DNA from: Neocallimastix sp. 'constans'
Taxonomy: Eukaryota
Length of the DNA stretch: 64,000 nucleotides
Reading direction: 5' to 3'
Assembly (NCBI GenBank): GCA_050613775.1
Contig: JBODTK010000011.1
Coordinates: forward strand, 1,426,001-1,490,000
A program made the translations under genes and the position numbers. The notes beneath the pieces are model-generated. The model made no database searches. It was not told the DNA's origin and saw nothing but the letters and a program-made list of their open reading frames with translations. The stretch's first letter is position 1; every line of letters begins with the position of its first letter. Positions 47,504 to 59,227 of the stretch are shown piece by piece.

Positions 47504-50419
47504 ATGCAATCACAAACTATTTCAGTACCTGTAGTCATATCTTCTCAAGTCAATATGGCTTTGGGAAAATATTCACAACAAAAATCTTCGATGAAACCAT
47601 CTACTATAACCACTACAACTACATCATATGTCTCTTCTCCAGTACGAACTATCTATAGAAATTATAATAATAGTAATAATCAAACAGTGTTTATGTCAAT
47701 GTCTTCATCGTCAAGTAAGAAGACTACAACGACTACCACTAGAATAAGTAATAATAAAAGTAAAAATAGTAATTCAAATGATATAGCGACCTCAGCGTTC
47801 ATCATAGGAACATCTCATTCATCAAAGAAAAATTCTTTTGATGTACCGTTTTTGGTTTCTCTTTTTTCTATTTCTTTTAAATATATCTTTATAATTACAG
47901 CTAATGTATTCGACAAATTATTATTTATCGTGTTGAATCCAGTTGAAACATTAATCTGCATTTATTATAAAATATCTGAAATAAGAGCGATGAATCATCA
48001 AATAAAAGAATTAAAACATGAAAAGGCTCAACTTATAACTCAAAGTGATCAATTAATGGTACAACTTAATGCCTCTCGTTTTATAAATCGTACTATTGAA
48101 AATAGTTATAAAGTAATGAAACAAAAACGTGATTTATTGAAGGAAACTAATAAAGCACTTCAAAATGAACTTCAACGTGAACGGGAATCACGTTATGTAG
48201 TTGAAAAATGTCATAATGAACGTATAGAAAAATTAGAATTTGAAATAGATATGAAGGATCAAGAATTAATGCAAAATGAAGATAAAGAAAGATTATTAAA
48301 GAAGAAGATACATAAACTTCAAAAGAAACTTAAGAAAGTTGTTGCATCCTCTTCTTCTTCTTCTAATTATCCTACATCCTTTTCAATCTTAAATTATAAT
48401 TCCTTCTCTTTTGATGATCCAGTGCCTTCTAATGATGAACCCAATATGGAAACCAATCTCCATAGTGAAAAGGAGAGTAAAGAAATTTCTGATTTTGCTA
48501 AGGATTCTGATGTTGAATTTTGTAATGATTCAAATTCAGCAGATGAATGGGATACAGAATCAGAAACAGAATCAGAGGCGGAGACAGAGTCAGAATCTGA
48601 ATCTGAATCTGAATCAGATTTAGATTCGAATTCAGATTTGGATTCTAATGATTCTGAATCAGAAAACAATTCTGATATAGACGAAATCTGTAGTAATTCT
48701 GTTACTAATGTAATACCAAAAAATTCTATTTATTATAATATTGGTCGTCGTCAAAATAATGGAAAGGAAGAAGAAGATGAGGAAGAAGAAATAGAATTAA
48801 AAAGTAAAATGGAACAAAACCCAATAAGTATTATTCGTCAAGAAGCCTATAATTGTTTATATCAGTCATTTATTTCTGAATTGAGTGCCTCCTCTATTTT
48901 AATGGATTTAGATGTAAAATTAGATAAAAATAATCTTAGTTCATATGTATGTATAAATACTATCTTAGAAGCTATTATTAATTATTTAGAAACAAGAAAT
49001 CTGTTAACAAATATGAATGCAATTGATGAAATATTTTATCGTTATCGTCCCTTAATACTGAATTATATTGATACAAAAGAAGATCAAATGAATGTACTCG
49101 TTAGTTTAGAAAATATTTGTATAGAAAATTCACTACGTCTTCAACAACATCTCAGAATATTAATGGCTATATATAAAGCAGAAATAGTTGATCCAAATGT
49201 AATTATTAAATGGTATCATCTTTTACCAGATTCTGAAGAATCTAATCATGGTGCTTGTCCAATGACCCCTTCTCTTCATTGTGTATTACCAAAAATACTC
49301 TCAAATAATATGAAAATGTATCCAAAATCTTATTCATTTTCTGAAGGAGATTATAAAAGTTATGGTCATATGATTGATGGTCATTATGCAACTAAAGCAT
49401 TTCCAATCTCTTTAAATGATAATGCTACAATCAATGTAAAGAGTGAAGGAAGTGCTATTGTTAATCATAATGCCAAAATTGATATGAAGGCTTTGCCAGA
49501 TGATCATATTCATACAGAAGAGCCAGTGGAAAACACCTCGAATAATAAGGCGGTAGTCAATTCAAAGAATAAGAATAAGAATGGGGGTGGACATGGTCAT
49601 ACAAGAACTTCCTCGGGTTCCTTGATTCGTAGGAAAAGATCCTTAAGTAATGCTTCTGATTCCGGTCATGAAGTTTATTACTTAAGATTAAGAAAAGATG
49701 TAAGAGAATTAGCTAAAGTATTTGCTCTATGGTTAGAGAGTAAGGAATCTTCCTCTGAAGATGAAGAAAGTATATTAGATAATATGAGTATGAGTCAAGA
49801 TTTAGAAACTGATTCTGAAGATAGTGGAATAGGTAAAGAATTACGAAGACTTCATCGTAAGCTCTTAAGTGATGAAGATACCTGTGATACCAATAGTAAT
49901 AGTAATAATAGCTATGGTATGGAAGATGATGAATTGAGTGAAAATGGTTCTATTGCATCCTACAGTAGTAATCATTCAAATCTATCTGGTAGTGGATTAA
50001 AGAAGAATTGTAAAAGAGTGACTTTTAATTTAAGTCATCTTGAAGATAAGGATGAAGATGAAACTATTAATAATGATGAAGAAGAAGTAAATCAACCAGA
50101 TATTAAATTAGAAGATTCACCTCTTTTTGCCTGTCTGGAAAGAAATCCATTAAGTTTTAATCAATTTGAATTTGATGAAGATGTCAATGATAATGATAAT
50201 GAAAATACCGATGAAGAAAATGAAGAAGAAGAAGAAGAAATAATAGAAGAAGTAGAAGAAGTTATAGAAGAAGAAGAAATTATTGAAGAAGAATTAATAG
50301 AAGAAACTATTAATGGAAATGAAGAAAATGGTAATGAAGATGATGAAAGTGTCACGATAGTTGAAGAAAAAGAAGAAATAATAGATGAAGTAGTAGAATG
50401 TGTTAAAGTCAATTGTTGA
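47504..50419 (+). CDS. Acidic protein with hydrophobic segment, coiled coil and a probable W2 (eIF2B-epsilon/eIF5/eIF4G C-terminal-like) domain
   Basis: 971 aa. QMNVLVSLE..ILMAIYKAEIVDPNVIIKWY and VRELAKVFALWLESKESSSEDEE resemble the two W2 AA-boxes. KRVTF motif near the C-terminus. Confidence 0.75.
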   Translation: MQSQTISVPVVISSQVNMALGKYSQQKSSMKPSTITTTTTSYVSSPVRTIYRNYNNSNNQTVFMSMSSSSSKKTTTTTTRISNNKSKNSNSNDIATSAFIIGTSHSSKKNSFDVPFLVSLFSISFKYIFIITANVFDKLLFIVLNPVETLICIYYKISEIRAMNHQIKELKHEKAQLITQSDQLMVQLNASRFINRTIENSYKVMKQKRDLLKETNKALQNELQRERESRYVVEKCHNERIEKLEFEIDMKDQELMQNEDKERLLKKKIHKLQKKLKKVVASSSSSSNYPTSFSILNYNSFSFDDPVPSNDEPNMETNLHSEKESKEISDFAKDSDVEFCNDSNSADEWDTESETESEAETESESESESESDLDSNSDLDSNDSESENNSDIDEICSNSVTNVIPKNSIYYNIGRRQNNGKEEEDEEEEIELKSKMEQNPISIIRQEAYNCLYQSFISELSASSILMDLDVKLDKNNLSSYVCINTILEAIINYLETRNLLTNMNAIDEIFYRYRPLILNYIDTKEDQMNVLVSLENICIENSLRLQQHLRILMAIYKAEIVDPNVIIKWYHLLPDSEESNHGACPMTPSLHCVLPKILSNNMKMYPKSYSFSEGDYKSYGHMIDGHYATKAFPISLNDNATINVKSEGSAIVNHNAKIDMKALPDDHIHTEEPVENTSNNKAVVNSKNKNKNGGGHGHTRTSSGSLIRRKRSLSNASDSGHEVYYLRLRKDVRELAKVFALWLESKESSSEDEESILDNMSMSQDLETDSEDSGIGKELRRLHRKLLSDEDTCDTNSNSNNSYGMEDDELSENGSIASYSSNHSNLSGSGLKKNCKRVTFNLSHLEDKDEDETINNDEEEVNQPDIKLEDSPLFACLERNPLSFNQFEFDEDVNDNDNENTDEENEEEEEEIIEEVEEVIEEEEIIEEELIEETINGNEENGNEDDESVTIVEEKEEIIDEVVECVKVNC

Positions 50420-50563
50420 ATTTTTTTTTTAACATACATTCATTTAGAAATAAAGAAAAAGAAAAATAAAATAAATAATAAAAAAAATTGTTTTATATAT
50501 ATATTTTTTTTTATTTTTTAAAGTGAAGTATTATTCTTATTGTTAAAAAAAAATATATATATA

Positions 50564-50610
<47 letters not shown>

Positions 50611-51599
50611 ATTATCATCCCATTCCTTTTTTACCTACCCATTTTAATAATTAAAATAAATTATTATGTTTTAATATTTAAATTATCATATTTTATATAT
50701 AATAAAATTTAATAAAATAATTTTTTTTTTTTTTAAAAAAAAAATAATAATAATAATAATATTAAAATTAATAAAAAAAAATTAAAACTAATATATAATC
50801 GGATATATTTTTTTTTTCTTTTTTTTTCTTCTTTTTTTTTTAAATCAATTTACAATTTCAAAGAAAATGGAAAAAAAAAAAAAAAAAAAGGAGATGCCAA
50901 TTTATATATGATATTTGATATTTTTTTATTTTTACTATTATAGTATTTAATAGTATTTAAATTTTTATATTATTATTTATTTATTATTATTCATTTTTTT
51001 AAAAAAAAAAATAAAAAATAAATAATGTTTTATTAAATAAAAATATATATTATATATTATATTTTATTTTATAAATAATTAAAAATTATAGATATAAAAA
51101 ACCATAATAATAATAATTTTAATTAATAAAAATCATTCTATAAAGTTTTATTTATTTATTTCTTTTTTTTAAAAAATAATGATCAAACATCATACATCAA
51201 CATATATCATACTATATCCTAATCCATAATATTATTAATTTAATTAATAAATAAGATGTTAATTTAAGAAAAAAAAAAAAATAATGATAAAAAATAAGAA
51301 ATAAAAGAAGTAAAAAAAAAAAATATTTTTATTCAATTAAAAAAAAAAAAAAAAGTATAATGAAAATATTAATTATACAAGTAAAGTTTAAATAATAATA
51401 ATAATTATAATAAAATGCAAATATAAATAAAATAATTTAAAAAAAAAAAAAAAAAAAAAAAGGTCTTTTTGTTATGATATAAAACGTTTATTTAATGAAA
51501 TAAAGTGTCTTTTTATTTTTATTTTTATTTTTATTTTTATTTTTATTTTTATTTTTATTTTTATTTTTATTTTTATTTTTATTTTTATTTTTATTTTTA

Positions 51600-51661
<62 letters not shown>

Positions 51662-52484
51662 TATTTTCTTTCCTTTTATAGGATATTTTTAAGAGGTTGT
51701 GGTTGAGTTAATTTTAATTTTTATTTGTATTTTTTTCTTAATTTATTTAGTAATTATTATTAATTATTAGTAACAGCTATTATTAATTCAATTATTATTT
51801 ATTATTTATTATTTATTATTTATTATTTATTATTTATTATTTATTATTTACTATTCAATTATTTATTATTTATTATTTATTATTTATTATTTATTACTTA
51901 CTATTCAATTATTTATTATTTATTATTTATTATTTATTATTTATTATTTATTATTTATTATTTATTATTTATTATTTATTATTTATTATTTATTATTTAT
52001 TATTTATTATTTAATTTTTTATTACTTAATTATTTATTATTTATTATTTATTATTTATTATTTACTATTTACTATTTATTATTTATTATTTATTATTTAT
52101 TATTTATTATTTATTATTTATTATTTATTATTTATTATTTATTATTTATTATTTATTATTTATTATTTATTATTTATTATTTATTATTCTATTATTCTAT
52201 TATTTATTATTTATTATTTATTATTCAATTATATATTATTTATTATTTATTATTTACTATTCAATTATTTATTATTTATTATTTATTATTTATTATTTAT
52301 TAATAAATACTCTTTTTATTATTGATTATTCATTTATTTATTATTTATTATTTATTAATAAGTATTAAGTATTATTTTTATTTTTATTTTACTTATATTC
52401 ACATATATATTTCCCCAAATTTTATGTTTATTATAGTATTTGCTTTTACTCTCACTCTTTTTTTTTTTTTTTTAAAATAATGAT

Positions 52485-52531
<47 letters not shown>

Positions 52532-54002
52532 GAAATAAAAGAAATGATTGTTAAATAATTTAACAGAGTGAATAATTTTTTTTAAATAAATAAAATATTT
52601 AATGGAATGATTTTTTTTAAAAAAAAAAAAAAATGTAAAAGAAATGAATATAAAAAATATTTTATATTTTTATACTTTCATATTTTTATATTTTTATTTT
52701 TTTATTTTTTTTTTGTTATTTACTAATAATTATTGTTTAAATTTATTTTAAAAAATTCAAAAAAAATTATTTAAATAATATTTTTTAAAATTTTATTTTT
52801 TTATTTTTTTTTTTTTCTACAAATTTGTATTAAATTTAATTTTTTAATTAAAAAAATTTTTTGGTCAAATTATATTTGTTAACTTTTTGAAAATAAAAAA
52901 ATTAAAAGAAATATTTTCTAATTTATATTTATTATTACTATTATTATTAGTATTTATATACATTATTATTATTATAAATAATAATAATAATATTTTTAAT
53001 AATAATATATATAAATAATAATAATAATAATAAATATCAGTAAATAATAATTTTAAATGGATATACCTAAATTAATTTAAACTTTATTCAACTAAATAGT
53101 TGTCAAACATTTTTTTTTGGTGACTCATCATATTTTTTTTTTCTGAAAAGAAAAAAAAGGGACTCAGTTTCCTAAAAATTATTATTATTATTAGCCCCCC
53201 CTCAGGAAGGGATCACCTTTTCTGGGGTTCACTGAGGGATGACTATCTTAATTCTCATGATACCAAAAATGATAGTAAAAAAAAAAAAAAACATTGGGTA
53301 ACGAATGTTTTTGATACAATTGATAATTGCTGTTACTTGTAATTGATATTCATGTATCTTTTTTTTTTTTTTCTTTTTTTTTTTTCTCATATTTTTCAAC
53401 CTTTTTCATACATTTATTGTTTCTTCATATATAAATCATTCATGTATAGTATTATATTGATATATTTATCATGTATTTTTTTTTTTTTTTTTTTATTTTT
53501 ATTTTTTAATATGATTGTATAATTATAACACTTTTTTATATTCCTATAAGAACTGATTCGTTCCACTTTATGTACTTTTTTTTTTTTTCATTCTTTAATA
53601 TACTTTTGATCTCCAATATCCTTTGTACTTTTTTTCTTTTTATAAAAAATAATTTATTTTTATTAATATTTTTCACTTATTCATCAATAATTATATATTT
53701 AAGTATTTTTAAATATCAATAGAGAACCATTATAAATTAAAACTAACTTTATACAAAATTTTTTTTTTACAATTAAAACTATTCACTAACAATTAGAATT
53801 TTTTTTTTTCATTGGGTTGCAAATCCGAGTGAATTAAATACTATATATATATAAGTATATCTCAAATGAATGGAGAAGTGTTAGAGGCCATTTTCATCCT
53901 CGAAACTCTTAACATAGTTTTTTAATATTGATGTAAAAAATTTTCATGTAATTTTTTTTTTTTTTTTTTAATAAATATTATTAAATAAAAATTTATTCCT
54001 GG

Positions 54003-54098
54003 TCTAAAAAAATTATTATAATCTAAAAAAATTATTATAATCTAAAAAAATTATTATAATCTAAAAAAATTATTATAATCTAAAAAAAATATTATAAT
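54003..54098. repeat. 19-bp tandem repeat x ~5
   Basis: TCTAAAAAAATTATTATAA units. Confidence 0.85.
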
Positions 54099-54208
54099 AA
54101 TTATTATTATAATTATTATTATTATTATTATTATAATTATTATTATAATTATTATTATAATTATTATTATTATTATTATTATTATAATTATTATTATTAT
54201 TATTATTA

Positions 54209-54240
<32 letters not shown>

Positions 54241-54409
54241 GTTATTATTATTATTAGTAGTAGTAGTAACGATATAGATTGTAGAGGTTATTAAGGTATA
54301 AAAATAATTTTCAACTCATAAAGTAAATTGCAGTGAAGTTGCTTTGAAGCAGGAGTAGAGGAAATTTTAAAGATAAAGTTACAATATACTATAGAGTATC
54401 TAATTGACG

Positions 54410-54467
<58 letters not shown>

Positions 54468-54637
54468 TCAAACGACGCAGTAACTTCACTTGGGGAGGGG
54501 GAGAGGTTTGAAACACTATTTTAAATTTATAATATATGCACATGAAATAGTTATTAATTATCCAGATATAGTATTTATATTATTTACATAAAAAAAAAAA
54601 TTTTTTTAATTAAATATAAAAAAAAATTCTGGTAATT

Positions 54638-55272
54638 ATGAGTGACATTATTTTCAAAGAACTAAAGAAAGAAAGAATTAAAGGATATTGAAAATTTGAA
54701 AAATTATCAAAAAATAATTTAGATGCCATGTCCTGATCTTCCGATCTTGAGCCTTGGATAGAACTATGTGAAGTGACAAATAAAAAAAAAAAAAAAAAAA
54801 TTTTTTTTTTTTTTTGCTTGTGTTTTAATTTCATCAAAAGAACGGAGACATATTATTCAGGGACTCGGAAATCAAGACAATACCAATGATAGTATCTGAT
54901 GACAATGATGAAGAAGAGAGTTCTTCAGGCCCGGATTCTTCATTTAACAAGTATTATCCTTCCTTACAAAAAGTAATAAATGCATTAGAAGAATTTTATG
55001 GTACTAAGGAAGAACTAAAACAATTTATTAAGGGAATTACGATCTTTTAAAAAAAAAAAAAATAAAAAGAAATAAAAGGGTAAAGGATTTTAATTTCAAA
55101 TGTAAAAACCTTATACTTAAAAAAATTAGATAAAAAAGAGAAAAAGACAGGTTAGTGTATTAGATTACATTGATGCTTAAAAAAAAATAATCAAGAAGCC
55201 TTGAATCGATCAGCATTGGAAGATGATTTAACTCTCTCAAGAACTTACTAAATTACTGAAAAGGTAGACCGG
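54638..55272 (+). pseudogene. gag: Decayed gag of the same gypsy lineage as elements 1-3
   Basis: Fragments MSDIIFKELKKE, KLSKNNLDAMS*SSDLEPWIEL, YPSLQKVINALEEFYGTKE, VKDFN, VSVLDYIDA and EKVDR align in order to element 1 Gag. Many frameshifts. Confidence 0.85.
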
Positions 55273-55925
55273 TTTGGTTAAATTAATTTAAATTATTCTT
55301 TATTAAATTTGGCCAAACCCTTTTAAAATTTATTTTTATAATAGAAACCGAAATTTAGAATAAAACTTGTAAATAACAAAATTAGATTTCAATTGATCTA
55401 TTAGTAAATTTCAATTATAAATCCACTAATATTTGTGACTAGAAATATTATAATTCTAATAATTTTATGGTATTTGAGGAAATACTGTATCAAATATGAT
55501 ATGGGCACTGAACACACACAATGTTTTAAAAAATACAATATTAAATATTATAAATAAATTGAGAAGCAATTCAAATAAAAAAAGTGTTTGATAAATTTTT
55601 ATTATTTTATTGTCTGCCTATTCAAAAAAAAAAAAAAAAAAAAAAGATTTCTTCCTTTTATAGTTTTTTTTTTTTTTTACACGAGTATTAGATTACACAT
55701 AAACATATAAATTTATTTATATTATGTTATTCTAAATATTATTTCAATATTAATATATTTTTAAAATCAACCTATTCTAAAATATCTATTCTAAAATATA
55801 GTGATACTTATATCAATGATTTATTTATATTTAAAATTTTAACTATCTATTCTAATAATATTTTAATTTATCAATTAATAAATAATTTTAGTATTTAATA
55901 TCACATTTTCATTAAGTTTATTATT

Positions 55926-56006
<81 letters not shown>

Positions 56007-56780
56007 AGTAATAATTTATTTTAGAGAAAATATTAAAAATTGTAGTTAGTATTGTATTGTACCAAGTAATTTAATTTATTGAAATAAAGGTAATTTTTTT
56101 TTAAAAAAAAAAAAAAAAAAAATATTAAATTCTAACTACTTTATACAGAATTAAATATTTCTGTATGAAATATTAAATCCTTTCCAAGTATTGAAATTAT
56201 ATAGAGTTAGGTATCTTTGAATCAGATGCTTTCATGAATATATTTCAATTAATAACTTTATTAAAAACAATTTATGGTAAATAATTTTTATTATTAATAA
56301 TTGTATGATAACTAATTTATCTTAAATAATTTCATTATCATATCATAATTATTTTATATATAAATATATTTAAATAATTTCATTACATTTTCAAATTATA
56401 ATGATTATTTTAATATTTATTATTGATTATAATTTTTTTTTTAATTTATTATTATTATTTTATAATATCTTTTTTTTTTTCTGAAAGCGGTTAGGTTAAG
56501 ATGTCCAATAGTTATTATAAAAGATAGATAATAAATATTATAAAAAAAAAAGTATATAATTAACAATTATAATACTTAAAAAAATATTTTACACAATATC
56601 ATTTATTATAATTTTTAAAATATAAAATTTTGTTTTTATTTAAAAACTTTTATTTTATTTGTAATAATAAAGATACAATAACTAAAAATAATTAGTTAAA
56701 TAATCTTAAAAAGAAACTTAAAAAAAAAAAAAGAAACTTCACTTCATTTCTTTTTATATTATTTTTGAACGACTATTAAG

Positions 56781-56909
56781 TTATGAATTAGGCAATTTGA
56801 TGACTCGTCATAAATAAAAATAATAATTAATTTACTTATATTAATACTAATTTATATTTATAAGTAAATTAATTATTATTTGTATTATGACGAGTCATCT
56901 AATTCATAA
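56781..56909. repeat. Fold-back / MITE-like inverted repeat (~130 bp)
   Basis: TTATGAATTAG..GATGACTCGTCATAA..ATAATAATTAATTTACTTATA is mirrored by TATAAGTAAATTAATTATTAT..TTATGACGAGTCATC-TAATTCATAA. Confidence 0.8.
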
Positions 56910-57492
56910 GTTAAGATTAACCATAAATTAATTTCTATTCTAAAAACTATTAAAAGTTTATTAAAGTAATTACAAAATATATAAAATAGTTAATTAAAAG
57001 CAATTACTAATTAATTACTATTTACTACTAATAGACTATTAATTATATATAATAATTATTATTAACTAATTTTCTAATTATTAAAAAAAATAATAATAAT
57101 AAATAATAATAATAATAATACATTATTTCAAAAATCATATTTAATTGGATGATCCATCTAATAATAATTATTATTTTAAAATTAATAAGGTCTATAAATA
57201 ACAGAGGTGATTATTTAACTCTAAATAATTATTATTCGATATTCATAATAAAAGTAATTATTAAATATATATATATATATATATATTTTTAATTAGTATA
57301 ATTATTTATTATTATTAGTATTAAATATGAAAATTATTAAATAAATTAATAAAAATCTTTTAAACTTGAATATCTCGCAATCTAAAGATCGGAAAGAGCA
57401 TCGAAGTTGAAGCTAAAGAGCAGGGATTCCTAACGGTACTAAGTTTAGCTTGCCACAACTGTTTTTTAAGGCTTATGCCGCTATCTCTGTAA

Positions 57493-57524
<32 letters not shown>

Positions 57525-58417
57525 AGGATTAATTATTAAAATTTAATTTTTTTTTTATTAATTTAACTCTTCAATATTTTATACAGTAAAAGGTGAATTT
57601 TGAAAAGGGTTTAATTAATAATAATAATTTTCTGAAATAAATATATATTATTTAATGTAAAAAAAAAAAAAATTAATTAAATATCCAGTAATAATCTTAA
57701 TAATATTATATATATATATATATATGTGCTTATTTGAAATAACATGATACAGAACATTTAAAATATTCCATATCAAGTTAATCTATTTATTTGGTGGTTT
57801 CTCAAAGAAATTATGACACAATAATATATTCTAATAAATTATAAGAAAATAATTTATAATAATAATGTTTTTATTCTTTATTTATATTTATTATTTTATT
57901 TTTACATATAAAAATATTTATTATTACATTTTCATAATTTTATATAATTGTTACAATAATTATTTAATATCATATATATATATATATATTTTTTTTTTAC
58001 ATATTATAATATTTTTTTTAAAATGTTTCTCATAAACTATTAATTTCCTAATAACTTTACTTTAAAAATACAATATCATAATTAAATAATATATAACTAA
58101 TTGATATTTAAAAATACATTTCCTAAATAAAATATAATTATCAATATTTATAATACAATTCAAAAAAAAAAAAAAAAACTATATAATTCTAAAAATAATA
58201 TATATAGAATAAAACTTATTAATAATAAATGACGAAATTAATTTATTATCATAATAATATAATTTATTCTATTTGAATTATGATAACCAAATTAAACCAT
58301 ACTCTTTTAAAAATAATTATTTGAATCACTATATATATTACATATAGTATTTATACATTATTTCTAACCTAAATTTTCTACCTAAATCTTATTTTTATAA
58401 TTGTACTATATTTCTAA

Positions 58418-59204
58418 TGGTATGGTTCATATAATTTTAGGAATATAATAATAATTAACACAAATAATAAAATTACAATAAAAAAAATTAATTTGTTTTA
58501 AAATCAATATTTATTTATTTAAATTTATAAAAGAAAAATAATAATATAATTATTTATTTAATAAAAAGAAAGTTATTGATTATATTTTATTTCACTAAAA
58601 TTACATGTATTTATATTTTTTTATCAAATTAAAATTTGTAAAGCCTAACTATTTTTTTAATAAACTAATTACTAATTATTTTTATAAATAAAACATTTAA
58701 ATTGAAATTGAATTATTATTTTAGTTAATAATATTATTGTTATAAATAGTAGTTATATATTATTGAATTATTAATTATTTAATAATAGTTTAATACTAAT
58801 ATATATAAAATAAAAATAAAGAGATTATACAGAATATTTTATTGTGGTTTAGTTAAATTTAGTAATTAAAAATAAATTTAAATTGATAACAAAATTTTAA
58901 TAACTAATTAAATAGATTTGATTATTTTCAATATAACATAATACAAAAGAAATATAATATTAATATATTAAGTGGGCAAGGACAATATTCTTGGCTAAAG
59001 ATTTTTAATACATTATAATGGAATCGGATCGATAATTCAAAAAGGAATTATAAGTTAATTAGTGATTTATTAACTTAAGATTTCTATTTAGTAATATTTG
59101 AAGAATATTGGAAAGTTCCAATTATATAGAATAGAATAATCTATAAGGTTAGAATAATTTATATTATTCTAGCACAATTAGTATTATTTGTTCATTCTGT
59201 ATTA
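58418..59204 (-). repeat. Probable 3' LTR of element 3 (~787 bp)
   Basis: Right end is fixed by the conserved AGATGCCCC motif. Left end TGGTATGGTTC matches the solo-LTR start TGTTATGGTTC, and both share internal TGTAAAGCCT. The partner LTR is not in the window. Confidence 0.6.
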
Positions 59205-59227
59205 AGATGCCCCCGCTAAGACTCAAG

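Noticed and set aside
53100..53130. Possible LTR end plus PBS (CA-T-run-TGGTGACTC) for the decayed gag at 54638
   Set aside because: The match is too short and no partner LTR could be identified.
57745..59204. Alternative 1460-bp LTR for element 3 starting at TGATACAGAA
   Set aside because: It gives a good terminal inverted repeat, but the 58418 start matches the solo-LTR terminus and the family LTR size better. It cannot be fully excluded without the 5' LTR.
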